Assembly (NCBI RefSeq): GCF_036321535.1
Contig: NC_087437.1
Coordinates: 35,590,001-35,654,000 of the forward strand
From: Camelus dromedarius
Taxonomy: Eukaryota
Reading direction: 5' to 3'
DNA length: 64,000 nt
The position numbers and the translations under genes were made by a program. This document shows positions 12,660 through 25,175 of the stretch, in pieces. How positions within the stretch are numbered: position 1 is the stretch's first letter; every line of letters begins with the position of its first letter. Under the pieces are notes generated by a model that was not told the DNA's origin, searched no databases, and saw nothing but the letters and a program-made list of their open reading frames with translations.

Positions 12660-13170
12660 CACGTTGCTACTAGGTTTATCTATTTAAGGCAAAAAAAAAA
12701 AAATTACTTCCTGTTCAAACGCTTCTGTTTGTGTTAGACCATTGCTTTCAATTTAAGGACCGAATCTTACTTAAGCATTTAAGATCCTCTGCCATGTGAT
12801 TTCCATCTACTATTCCTTATGCATAAATTTTCCTTGGTGTGAATAATTGTCCTTCCTTTTCTACCTGTTCTTCCCCCAAACCCATCTCATTGTTTTTTCC
12901 AGTTTAAAGGAAACTAAGCATACCTCAAGGCTTATGCCAAATGCCAGCACATAGAAACTGTTTCTCATCCCCTTAATATATAATATTTCCTTGGGATTTT
13001 TCTTTTCTCAGATGGTACTTGTGCCATTTCATCTTTTGTTTTCAGTCATTTGGACGTCATTTTCTTTCAGCCTTCTAGAATGCACCCTCCTGGAAGGAAG
13101 AGGCTGTGTTCTGATGATCTAGTCTAGCACCTAACATACGTTGCACTGGTCCTCACTAGTGCTTTATTGA
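12660..13170 (+). mobile_element. L2 fragments
   Basis: Degraded L2-like pieces, ending 'ctagaatgcaccctcctggaaggaagaggctgtgt...tctagcacctaacata'. Confidence 0.5.
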
Positions 13171-13436
13171 GATAAAAAAGTTTAAGATTACATTATATTC
13201 TGAAGCTGCTAATGTGTACTGTATTATGATAGCAGAAATGAAATATTAAACTAAAATACGAGCGGACAATCGAGTATTTTATTTGCATTCTGACTGATTC
13301 ACAACAGGAAGGGATGGTTAAGGAAGAATGAAGCTTGTGTCCGCATGTCCATGTGAGCTCAATGTTGCATCCTCAACCAAAGCCTCACAGTTGTGAGCTG
13401 GAGGCTGTTCACAGCAGAGTAGACATTTAATGTAAC

Positions 13437-13446
13437 TGATTGACAG
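13437..13446 (+). promoter_or_regulatory. PBX-MEIS/PREP composite decamer motif TGATTGACAG (function untested)
   Basis: Exact match to the established heterodimer consensus, in non-repetitive sequence, with an octamer ATTTGCAT at 13281-13288. Confidence 0.35.
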
Positions 13447-13589
13447 TAAAAGAGAGGCGGGGAGAGAGAGGGAGACAATAATCATAGAAAACATTCCCAT
13501 CAGTGGGTATAATAGCCTAGATTATTCTTTGACTCAAACATTTTGGCAGATGAAAATATTTAATAGATAAATTAAGCAGTTATTCAGAA

Positions 13590-13830
13590 TCAAATGATAA
13601 TAACCTCTAACACCCATTGAATTTTTCCAGTGTGCCATGCTGTGTTCTAAGTGAATCTCATATGTGATAGTTCTTACTTCTCCCAATAGCCCTACAAAGT
13701 AGGCATTATTTCCCCCCATTTTACAGAAAGGGAAACAGGTTAGGAAAGTTGCCCAGGGTCACCCAGCTGGGGAGTGGTAGCGCTGTGATTCTCACTGGGT
13801 CAGTCTCACTCCGAAGCTTATGATCTTCCT
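13590..13830 (-). mobile_element. MIR SINE
   Basis: 'cccattttacagaaagggaaacaggtt...ttgcccagggtcacccagct'. Confidence 0.88.
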
Positions 13831-15247
13831 TTTTTACAGTATTTCCCCAAATGATCTAAGCTTTCCTGCAAGTTTTTCCACAGTTTGACAATATTAGAAG
13901 CCTCTAGGTTGGAAATAGGAGAGGCAGACTGAGGCATCTGCCTCATCAAGACCGGAGAGTGACTCCTTCCAGCTCAGGATGAAACTTGCATTCTCTGTGC
14001 ACCATGCGCAGCCAGCACATTTGTCTGTTGTGCATTTAAGCTTCATCACTTTCTTTTTGCCACCCTAGATCTCACAGGTATCCACCATAACATTAACTGT
14101 TTAAGACAATAAGGCTGGAGTTCTCAGCTGAAATTCAGGCAGCAAAAAAGAATTGTGAGTTCTTCTTTGGCCAAGTGTATATGATAGACAAATAAGCAGG
14201 AGGAGGGGAAGTACACTGTCACGGTCAGTGTGACAGATTTTAAAATGTGACCTCATCGGTCCATTTTGGAGGTGCAGTGTGTTCAAGGACTTATCAGTGA
14301 AGTCTGAAGGTATAAGCCTCAGAGAAACAAAAGTGATTTTTAAAAAAGTGACTGGAAAATTAAAAATAGTTAAGAAAAAAAATTAGTCCCCTTCAGGCAG
14401 GATGACATCATTATATAATCACTGAAAGCAATTTCTTTTATAGAATCAGAACAAACACCTCAAATTGACTTCTAGTTCTCTTTTAAAAAGAGATAAATTG
14501 GGGCTGGGAGCGGCTATGCTAATATTCAGCCAGATAAGAAGTGTGTTTGCCTCATGACAGACCCCTTGAAATGGGGTTTGTTAAAATGAATGCACTGCAT
14601 TCACAGGAACATCAGCGCTGCTGGGTTCTGCTGGCAATAAATCCAGCAATTCGATTTGGACTTGGATGTTTATCTTCTCTCCACTTCAGTGCGCTGTGCT
14701 GCAAATGGGGAGGGGAGCCGGCTGTAGTTCAGCTTGTGGGCTGCTGGTGTCATCCCATTACCGCGGAACCGAGACGGTACCCGGTGTGTTTCTGTTCAAG
14801 CATTTAATACATTAGTCTGTAATTTTTGTCTTGGAGGTAATGAGGCCTGACAGCTTTGGCGGGTGCCTGATAACAATCCCACACTGGTATCTTTGAAATT
14901 CTTCATTGCCAGATTCATAAAGGAAGAAATGACTTTTGCAAAATGACAGTAAACATGCTTCATTTTATAAGACATTGTGGTTAACAACCTGAAACAATGA
15001 AGCGTTTTTTGAGCTATAGCTAAACTAATTTGAGCTATATTCGAAGTGCTGATGTTGGGTGCTCAGCCACTGGATTTTGGTTTGTTTGTTTGTTTATTTT
15101 TGTTGGCTTTTTGTTATTGTTGGAGGGGGCCAGTAATCTCAGGAAAACATATAGGGCCTAATTTTCAGATACTGATAATAGTAATAATGAAAATGATAAT
15201 GGTGATGATGATAATAATGATCTCATCCAATGTTGTTTTGTCCATAG

Positions 15248-15391
15248 AGCCTCATCTTGAAAAATAAAAAGACATCAACCAGGATGGTTCTTAGAAAGGC
15301 TGGGATCATGGTGCCACGTTGTCAGCTCAGTACCTGGATCGGCTGCCATGGAAGACAGGAGACATCACCTGCTGCTAAACGCCTCCCTGGA
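15248..15391 (+). other. Candidate internal or alternative exon (144 nt), product unknown
   Basis: Acceptor 'gttgttttgtccatag|A', donor 'GGA|gtgagt', open in phase 0, and contains GCCATGG at 15345-15351. Confidence 0.35.
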
Positions 15392-16910
15392 GTGAGTACC
15401 ATGGGGTTTCAGTGACGACAGAATGCAAAGGGCTTTAATACAACCAAGAGACCTTTGGTAAAAATTATTTTTAAAACCATGCTGACAATTAACTGGTTCT
15501 TAAGCATCATGAAGGGAAGAAACTCACTGTAGGAATCATTTTTAGCTGAAATTAGCTGACCATCCAAGGCTCATTGGGAGTTGCTGCTATTTGAAGTGTG
15601 GACTGTGGCCAAATTTCAGGAGCAGTGTATTCGCTAGGGAAACTCCCGTTAAGTACTTCGTACCCTGTCAACCAGCGCATGACAGAAAGGAGCCCATTGT
15701 TCAGACACAAAGTTGCTCTTTTTGAAAGCTGTTCGGTCCCAAATGAAAAATTCTGAAAAAGAACACCAGAATAGAAATAACAAATAGTGGCAGGTCTGAG
15801 AGGAATGACATTATCAGTTCAATAATAAAATTGCTCCCTCTGTTTAGAAATGAAGCCAGGCTATAGAGATGTGGGAAATTTGAGGATGAGGAACAAAGAT
15901 CTGTTGCTTTGAGTATGTATATTTATAGGTTAAAAACGTGATCCATTGTATTTTATTCTGTAGTAATAATATAAATTCATTCTTGGTGATGATTATTGTT
16001 AAGGGAGAAGGATTAGCTTTAAAATTTCAAATTGACTTGGACAGTGGTTAAAAACAAGGCCTAGGATAATAGTTGCTTTTTAAAGTTAGTTAATCATATT
16101 CCCTGAAAGTTTATGGGCTGAGTTGTTTATAGCTCATAATGGGGATCTTTTGAAAGAAACTAGGGAAGTTAAATTAGCCAGGTAAATAAAAGATCATATA
16201 ACAAGTGGGCACATGTTTCTAATAGAAAATATATTTTAAAAAGATGGCTTTCCACAGATTCAGATTTCTCCTTACTGTAGACAATACATGACTGTTTAGT
16301 AAGCTGTCCCTTTCACAGCTGTAAATGTTTAAGAGATGGGACCTGATGTGCCAGACCAGGAAATGTCCTAACATGTTTCTAGGAGGCATATAAATGTTCA
16401 AATCAAACAAGTAAGAGTTTATTCTCAAGAATGATTACTACCTGTAGTAGCTGGCCAAACATTTTGAGTGTGCTTTGTCTAAATTCTTAGCCTTCAGGAA
16501 TCCAAATTCAAAGTTATATCACATACAACTTTCTGAGATCAAACTTCTGAGATTTTTGGCAAACTTTTACATTGGCTTTACTTTCCTTCTGTTAAATAGG
16601 GAACAGTGTTCTAAGTAATCTTTCCCCCCGATAACATTCACTATAGCATAAGGAGTTCACTTTGCACAAATGAATAACTTTGCTTAAAAGCTGAGTCTAT
16701 AACTCAGTTTATTTTATGCGATCATATTTGAAGACAACTTGAAAGCACATGTTAGGACCTACTTTCACTGTCCTGAGACACTAGTGGGACTCAAAACGCT
16801 GCCATCCTCTTCCAGTAGTCTCCAGGCAGGATTCTAAGACTGCCAGGGAATATCTAGTAGGAGACACACACAGTCAGACTTGCAGAAGTCTGGGGACAGG
16901 TTTTCATGTT

Positions 16911-16949
16911 AATTTAGATAGTCTAAGGAAGACTTAGACTATCTAAATT
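16911..16949. repeat. Perfect 17-bp inverted repeat with 5-nt loop
   Basis: aatttagatagtctaag-gaaga-cttagactatctaaatt. Confidence 0.97.
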
Positions 16950-17789
16950 TGTCATGCCTCATCAACACAAAGACATAGAGAAAGGTCTTTGAGTTGTGTC
17001 CTTTTCCGTATACTAATAAAAAACTTGGAAAGCTGAATGAAGACAACTGAACTATAATTTCCTATATCTTAGTATTATTTTCTTCCAGGGGCCTAGTTGA
17101 TAGAAGACATTGGCAAACTGGCCTGCTAATAGAGAACAATTACTAATGTGCTGAGGGGATTGGTAATTAGCTTGAGGAATCTCAAGATGTTGGCCTGAAG
17201 AAAAGAAGTCTTAAAAATAGTTACCTTTTGCTCAATCATTAAATCTGCATTTATTTTATTCTGGCAGTAAAGAAAGGGTTTCTGGCTCAGAGATAATCTT
17301 CTAATTACTCACAGAACATTTTAATCAGTTCCCTATCTCCCAACCCCTCATTGGGTAACATAATGAAGGAAGATGTCATCTGCACATACTGTAGGGACAG
17401 GAGTTCCGAAACTATGAATCTCTGAGCTTACTTAGGGACTGGGGTCACGGCTGTTCCTCCTCACCTCTAGGAGGATAGAGAGAGAGAGGGAAGGAGGAAG
17501 GTGGATGAGGTGAATACAGAGCTTTGTTCTGTAATGTAAACAATGTAAATCATCTCTGGAGAGATAGTGATGATCCCCGGATCTATTAACTTTTGCAATA
17601 TAAATAAATGTCCCCAGGGGAGATACTCTGTCTTTAACTCTCAAGATTTTTTGCCATTCATACATCGCTAACCCAAGTTGCCAGTAATATTTGCTCAGTA
17701 ATCTCTGGCTCTGCCAAAACATGAACATGTTCATGTGGTATTGCTGCCTGACGTATTAGAGTCTGAAGAACGTTAATAGAAGAAAAGTA

Positions 17790-18030
17790 GGTTTATTTTC
17801 TATGTTTCAAATAATTGAAATGGGAAAAATGGGCAGAAGTCATAGGCAAATATATTTTCATTTAGTCTGGAAACAAAGATCTATTTAACAGTGAAGCTGA
17901 TTCCCTTATAAGTTTGTAAATTCCCTATCCCTGGTGATGTACAAATGTAATGTTTAATTTGGAGAAACAATTCTTGCAGTGTACAGATGGACTCGGTAAC
18001 TTCCAAGGTCCACTCCATTGTTACAACTCA
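17790..18030 (+). mobile_element. L3/CR1 3' remnant
   Basis: 'gtaaattccctatccctggtgatgtacaa...aacttccaaggtccactcc' resembles the CR1/L3 3' end. Confidence 0.45.
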
Positions 18031-18319
18031 ATAATGGTTGTATTTCAAGACAGAGGCATTTTAGCTTCAGCAAGACCCCAATAAAACTAAAATTCTGTAC
18101 AATATGAACTAAGAAATGTGGGTATATTTGTTTGGCTTTGGCTCTGAAGAATCATGTTATTGAGGCTGCTGTACTCTCAGCATTCATATTTGGATGGTTC
18201 TGGTAGGATAAATTAGGAACAGCATAAATGAGGAAGACTTGTCCTCCTGCAGAAACAGCAAATCCAAATTTGCCTTAATTTTATGGGGCAGATAAACTAC
18301 TCATTCTATACGTAACTTG

Positions 18320-18460
18320 TAGGTTAGGTAGTAAGCACCTAAGGACAGGTAATATGTCTCCTTTCTTCACGGTGGTAGCTTCAGTGCACTGCACAGGGTC
18401 CCAAACAAAACAGCCACTGAATAAATAATTTTATTACAATAATAAATTAATAAATGGAAA
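18320..18460 (+). mobile_element. L2 3' end
   Basis: 'taagcacctaaggacagg...cagtgcactgcacagggtcc...aataaataattttattacaataataaattaataaatg'. Confidence 0.65.
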
Positions 18461-19254
18461 GATAGATGAGAGGCATTAAGTGTTCTATAACTTCTTTTCA
18501 AAGTCTTTAAAATGAGTGTAAAAGTTCTTAGAAAACTCTAAGGAAAAAAGTCATCCCGTTGGCAAGAAAGACATTAGCATTAGTTACATCTTTAGTTAGA
18601 TGAAGAATAAAATTTTAAAAGGAAGACTTTGTAAGTTGTGGTCAAAAGGGTCTCTGTCTTTCCCTGGGTTCTTTGAATACTTTTTTTTTCTACAATAAGT
18701 AGGTTTTCATTAATTACTTTTATAATATTTTTAAAATAAATATTTATGGGTTCAGAGGAGGTCATCAGGAAGGAGCTATCACAGGAAACAGATAATTGAT
18801 GATGACCAGTCTGCCAACAGAACAAGTGGCTTGTGGCAGAAGGGGTCCCTTCCCAGGTTACTAAGCTCTCTGGGGGTACAGGGGTTTTGGCAAAAACTGT
18901 AATTCCTAGGCATGTTGTAAAGGTTTCCCGCTTTAGGAGAGGAAATGGCCTAAGGTCTTTCTCAAATGTAAGACTTTATAACTTTTAAAGTCACAGAGTA
19001 TATATAAAATTAATAAAATTTTTGGTTTTAAATTATACTGATGACTATAATTTTTCAGACCATTAATTGAAATACCAAATCTATCAGGGAGGAATATATT
19101 TATGGTAAAAATGGAACAGAAAATTTGAAATCATGCTGATCCAGGAAGCATGGAAACAAGGGTTTTTTTTGTTTATCATGCCATTGATTACAATTGAGAT
19201 AATGGGATTGTATTTTACTAAAACCTGATAGTGACTCAAGGAATCAGTTTACTT

Positions 19255-21895
19255 ATTTTATTTTCCCTAAGTTTTACTGAGATATTGATCTATAACATTG
19301 TATTAGTTTAAGGTGTACAGCCTATTGATTTGATACATGTATATGTGAAATGATTACCATAATTGACATTCATCACTTCACATAGTTGTACATTCCTTGT
19401 GATGAGAATGTTTAAGAGCCACTTACAAGCAGCTTTCAAATATACAATACAGTATTGGTAACTGTAGTGACCATGCTGTTCATTACATCTCCAGGACTTA
19501 AATTTATTTTGCAACTGAAAGTTTGTACCTTTTGACTCCCTTCACTCATTTCCTCCACCCCTCAACCTCTACCTGTGGTAACCACCAGTCTGTTCTCTGT
19601 TTCTATGAGGTTTTTTTTTCTTTTTTTTAAGATTTCACATATAAGTGTTTTTGTACAGTATTTGTCTTTCTCTGCCTAATTTATTTCACTTAGTATAATG
19701 CCCTCAATTTCCATCTATGTTGTAAATGACAGGATTTCTTTCTTTTTTGTGGCCAAATAATATTCCAATTTATATTTATATATGTATACATATATATGTG
19801 TATATAAATACACATATTTATATACACATATGTGTATATGTCACATTATTCATTCATTGATTCACTGGTGGACACAGATTATTTCTGTGTCTTGGTTATT
19901 ATAAACAAAGCTGCAGTGCACATGAGGGTGCAGATATCTCTTTGAGTTAGTGATTTTGTTCCCTTCAGATATATATCCAAAAAGTGGAATTGCGGGATCA
20001 TATGTTAGTTGTATTTTTAATTTTTTGAGGAAACTTCGTACATTGCATAATGGCTAAACCAATTTACATTCCCACCAACAGTACACAAGTGTTCCCTTTT
20101 CTCCACATCCTCATTGATACTTGTTATTTCTTATCCTTTTGGTAATAAATAACCATTATAACAGGTATGAAGTAATAGCTCATTATGGTTTTGAAGTACA
20201 TTTCCCTGTTGATTAGTGACATTGAACACTTTTCAGTGTTCTGTTGGCCATCTGTTGCTTCATTGAAAAAATGTCAGTTCAGATCCTCTGCCATTTTTTT
20301 TAATCAACTGTTTTTTTAAATTTTGTTTTTGTTTTGCTGTTGAGTTTTATAACTTCTTTATATATTTTGGATATAAGCTCCTTATCAGATATATTCCTTA
20401 TCAGATATATGGTCTGCAAATATTTTATCCCATCCTGTAGGTTGGCTTTTCATTTAGTTGATAGCTTCCTTTGCTGTGCACAAGCTTTTTAAATTTAATT
20501 TAGTCCCTGTTGCCTTTGCTTTTGGTGTCAAATCCCAACAATTCATTGACACTACTATCAAGGAGCTTACCCTCTGTTTTCTTCTAGGAGTTTTATAGTT
20601 TCATGTGTTATGTTCATGTCTCTAATTCATTTTGAGTTGATTTTTGCGGTTGGTGTAAGATTAAAATCTAGGTTCATTCTTTTGCATGTTGCTGTCAAAT
20701 TTTCCCAACACCATTTATTACAGAGACTATCCTGTCTCCATTTTATATTTTTGGCTCCTTTGCCATAAATTGATTGTAACCATATATGCGTGGGTTTATT
20801 TCTGGGCTCTCTATTCTTTTCCATTGATCTTTGTGCCTTTTTAATGCGGATACCATACTATTTTGATGATTATAACTTTATAGTTTAGCTTGAAATCAGG
20901 ACGTTTGATGCCTCCTACTTCTTTGTTCTCTTTTCTTAGGATTTCTTTGGCTATTTGAGGTCTTTGTGGTTTCATACAAACTTTACGATTTTTTTTTTTT
21001 TTATTTCTGTGAAAAAATGACATTGGAATTTTGACAGAGATTGCATTGAAACTGTAGATCACTTTGGGAAGTATGGCTATTTTAACAATATTAATTCTAA
21101 TCTGTGAGCACAGAATATCTTTCCATTTATTTGTGTCTTCTTCAATTTCTTGTATCAATAACATAGTTTTCAGTGTATGAATCTCACCATGTTGGTTAAA
21201 TTTATTCCTAGGTTATTATATCCTTTTTGATCCAGTTGTAAATGGAATTGCTTTCTTAATTTCTCTTTCTATAATTTGTTATTAGTATATAGAAATGTAC
21301 CCAATTTTAGTACATTGATTTTGTACAGTTTAACTGTACTGAATTTGTTTGTTCTAATAATGTTTTGGTGGAGTCTTTTGGATTTCTGAAGTGCAATATC
21401 GTATCATCTGCAAATAGAGACAGTTTTATTTCTTCCTTTTTTATTTGAATGTCTTTTATTTCTTTGTCTTGGCTATTTGCTCTAGTTAGGACTTCTAGTA
21501 CTATGTTAAATAAAGATGGCAAAAGTAAGCATCCTTGTCTTTTTCCTGATTATACATGGAGTGTGATGTTAGGTATGGCCTTTTCACATATGACGTTTAT
21601 TATGTTGATACATGTCCCCTTTTTATCCACTTTGTTGAGAGTTTTTTTTTTTTATCATGAATGAATGTTGAATTTTGTCAAATGCTTTTTGTGCAGCTAT
21701 TGAGATGATCATAGGATTTTTTAATCCATCATTTTATTATTATATGCATCATATTATTTAATTTGCAGATATTGAATCATCCTGGCATCCCTGGGATAAA
21801 TCCCACATGGTTTATTATCGTTTTAATGTATTGCTGAATTCAGTTTGCTAATATTTTGTTGAGGATTTTTGCATCTTTGTTCTGTGGGGAGATTT
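19255..21895 (-). mobile_element. LINE-1 (L1MA-like), 5'-truncated, with disrupted ORF2
   Basis: Minus-strand ORF remnants 21307-21522 ([10 protein letters not shown]...[10 protein letters not shown] catalytic motif), 20841-21164 (NKWKDI...INIVKIAILPK) and 20627-20824 (NKWCWEN), plus a full 3' UTR. Confidence 0.95.
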
Positions 21896-22049
21896 GCCTT
21901 GGAATCAATTTAAGGAGTAGTGTGGGTGGTTTCATTTTCAACCCTTGTTTTCTTCCATTAGCCATCCTATTTTCTCTGTCACTCCCTGCATCTCATTTTC
22001 CTCCCTCCCTCCCTTTCTCTCTTCTTTCCTTCTTCTCTTTTCATTCACA

Positions 22050-22240
22050 CTTTATTTATGTTTACTGTGTGCCAAGCACCATAGTAGGTGTTGGGACAAG
22101 TGGTGAAATGTTAAACATGGTTCCTTCAATCAGGAAATGTATAGTCTACTTTGGGAAGTCAGAGTCTTAAACAAGTGATGATGAATATTTTAAAAGGGGG
22201 TTATGAGTGTATACAGGAAGAAATTTTTCCCAAAGAGTGA
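22050..22240 (-). mobile_element. L2 3' fragment
   Basis: 'tttatttatgtttactgtgtgccaagcacc...atggttccttcaatcaggaa...atagtcta'. Confidence 0.7.
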
Positions 22241-22456
22241 TGCTTCCATAGTTATTTTCTCTTGGATTCCATTAATCCTGCATGCAAAAATTTTTGAGCC
22301 AATTACAAACTTTCAGTATTTTAGGCACTGATGATCTGCTTCCTTTTTCACTGCTCTGTAACCACTCTCCCATTCTCAAACCTCCTCTCTTTTTAAGACA
22401 TGTCCTTGTTTCCCTGACTTAATGAATGTTAGGCTCTTCTTTGAGAACCTTAACTC

Positions 22457-22548
22457 TTTTCTTTTTTTTCTTTCCTTTCCTTTCCTTTCCTTTCCCTTTC
22501 CCTTTCCCTTTCCCTTTCCCTTCCCTTCCCTTCCCTTCCCTTCCCTTT
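22457..22548. repeat. Polypyrimidine simple repeat (TTTCC/TTTCCC/TTCCC)n
   Basis: Directly visible. It explains the FPFPFP stretch of ORF 22426-22692. Confidence 0.95.
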
Positions 22549-24299
22549 CAGTATAGTCTTAGTCTCCCATGCTTGGTTATACCAGGAAGCAGAAGCGATG
22601 TTAGCAAACTTAGCCATTCATTTTTAATTCACTTGTTGAACAAACATCTATTCAGCAAACACTTATTCAATAAATATCTAATGCGTATATAATCTTTGTC
22701 AGGCACTGAATTAGGTTCTGCTTTTGATGTTCTGCTTGCTCCTATTGTCACTTTTATATTCTTCTGCTCTGTTCAGGTAGATGCTGCCTAAGTGTGTATG
22801 ATCCAGTGCTCCTCTGGTTGCTTTTTTCTTCTGACCTCCCACTTAATTTGTCTTCTTCTTTGAGGGCTTTGCCATCTGACATGAATGTCCTTTTCTACCA
22901 TATCTTCTGACTTCTTAAAGGATAATATCAGCTCCCATATAGGTAAATTCATGCTCATCAACAGCTACTGAAGAACTTAGTCTTCAATTATTTCTCCCTC
23001 CAAATAAATATTACTTGATTTGTTTCTTATACACACAGCAAAATTAGTTGAGTACAAAATTAACTGGTAACTGGCATTAAATACATATTTTTTCAAATTT
23101 TTATTGAGGTTCGAGGATATAGTGTTTTAATTATGAACATTGTATTTGTCTACTTATACATTACCCTGACTTTTAAGCTTTTAAATTTTTTAGGTAATTG
23201 GAAAAATAAATACTTTAACCTATTTACAGTTATCTGTGACATTCTCAGGATAACTGAACAAATATTTCAGGTGAAAGTATAAATTAGGTTTATGAACATT
23301 TTAAGAGACAGTCTTAGTATTTTATTATGACCAGTAAAGAAAATAAAACTTGATTAACAACAGTATATGTAGCCATAAAACCCTCAATTGGTTAGTTACA
23401 AAGTTACAATTAATAGTTCATTCAAAATCTTAATGGGATGTAGTGTGAAATTGATCTTAACTATAATTTATTACTTTGAATAAGATTTTGAAGTCTCATA
23501 TTTGAAATAACCTACTGAAAATGTTACCAACTATGTTAGAATTCGATTATATGATATTTAATTCAATTAATTAACTTGAGAGAGATGAAATTTTTTATTA
23601 TAGAAGTAGTTCCTTTTGAAAGCAATGAAATTCAGCTTATAGTTTAATAATGTCATGCCATGTTTACTTGAAATATAAACTTCGCATATTTCTAATGACA
23701 GAAATGTTTAGGCTACCTGATGTTTAAATGTGGCATTGTTATAATTTTAGTAGATACTAAATTCTTTCTGTACAGTAAGAAGGTGATGATATCTTGGTCA
23801 TTCACTTACACTGGGCAGAAATTAGATGTATTGCTCTTAGGTAATATGAAAGTACAGACATCCTTTCTGTGTGCATAGCATAGAATGATTTTGTGATTCT
23901 GTGGAAATTTATAAATTTATAATATTATTTATAAGAATGCCTTATAAATCACTGGATTTTTAAGAAAGATGCACTGAAGAGAAATCATAGACTATTTTTG
24001 CAGGTGAATTACATCAGTTACTTTGGCTTCTTGAGATAAAGCACAACTGTACACTCAAGTCAGACCTGAATTTGAGATTACTTTTTAGAATAAATTTTGA
24101 TTTAAGACCTTTCTACAAATATACTTTGAGAGTATTTCAGAATTGATTTTATGCCCTGGTGTTTTAACTTGTTTGGCTTTTTATCAATATGTATACTTTA
24201 AGTTGATTCAGAAAGACAGATTTTTAAGGTTTTAGAAAAATTACATTGTAAACATCTTAATCTCAAAACTCAGGTGGACAATTAATACCTTATTATTTA

Positions 24300-25175
24300 T
24301 ATATTTTTTTCTTCTGTAAGTTGATTTATCATCCTTGCATTCTTTGAATAAACTTCACTTGGTCATGTTGTACAACCCTTCTTAGGGGTTGCTGAATTAC
24401 ATTTACTAATACCTTGTTAAAGATTTTTCCAAATATGTTAACGAGAGAAACTAGTTTATAATTGTTTCTTTGATTCTCATCAGCTTTTGGAATCAAGATT
24501 GTGCTAGCCCTTCCAAAATGTTGGAGACATTTCCCTTTTTTCCCTCTCTTATCGAAAAGGGTTTATATTAGATTGGCTAGGAAGAATTCATTGGTAAAAG
24601 TATGGGAATCTAGAGTTACAGTTTTGGGAAGATTTTAACTAACGGATTCAATTGCATAGTTGTATATTTTGATTTTCTGTTTTATCTTTGGTCTGTTTTA
24701 GTAAGCTGTGTTTTTAAAGGGATTTGTCTATTTCATTCAAATTTTAAAATTAATTGGTATAAAATTATTCATAATACCTGTTCATTTTCCTTTTAATGTC
24801 TGTAATTCCCTTTGTCTTCTTTATATTGGTAACTTGTATTTTCATTGTGTTTTTCTTGATCAATCTTACTAGTGGTTTGTAAAGCTTGCTAATCTTTTTA
24901 AATTACCAATTATGGTCTTAAAGTTTTTATTTTACATTTGTTATCTTTTATCTACTTCACTGATTTCTGCTTTTCCCTTTGTTATTTCCTTTCTTCTATT
25001 TTTTTAAGTTTTGATTTGCTCTTTTTCTAGTTTCTATCCTTGGAAGCTTAGCTCTTTGAATTTTCAATCTTTCCTCTCTTTTTACACATACACTTAAATC
25101 TATAGATTTTCTCATTGGCATTTCTTTTACTGTATCTCACAATTCTTAATATATTGTATATTTATTATGTTAAAA
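24300..25175 (-). mobile_element. Old LINE-1 (L1M) ORF2 fragment
   Basis: 'ccttgcattctttgaataaacttcacttggtcatg', 'tttttcttgatcaatcttactagtggttt' and 'cacttaaatctatagattttc' are antisense L1 ORF2. Confidence 0.85.

Noticed and set aside
15327..15347. REST/RE1-like site (ctcagtacctggatcggctgcc)
   Set aside because: Half-site spacing and the right half deviate from the RE1 consensus.
17565..17770. C/D box snoRNA (GTGATGA ... CTGA)
   Set aside because: No terminal stem or recognisable rRNA/snRNA guide sequence, and the spacing is atypical.
19770..19842. Palindromic AT/CA-rich stretch
   Set aside because: Low-complexity microsatellite decay at the usual position within an L1 3' UTR.
21307..21522. 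Reverse transcriptase motif (LSLFADD) as an active or novel RT system
   Set aside because: It is a frameshifted, truncated fragment of LINE-1 ORF2.
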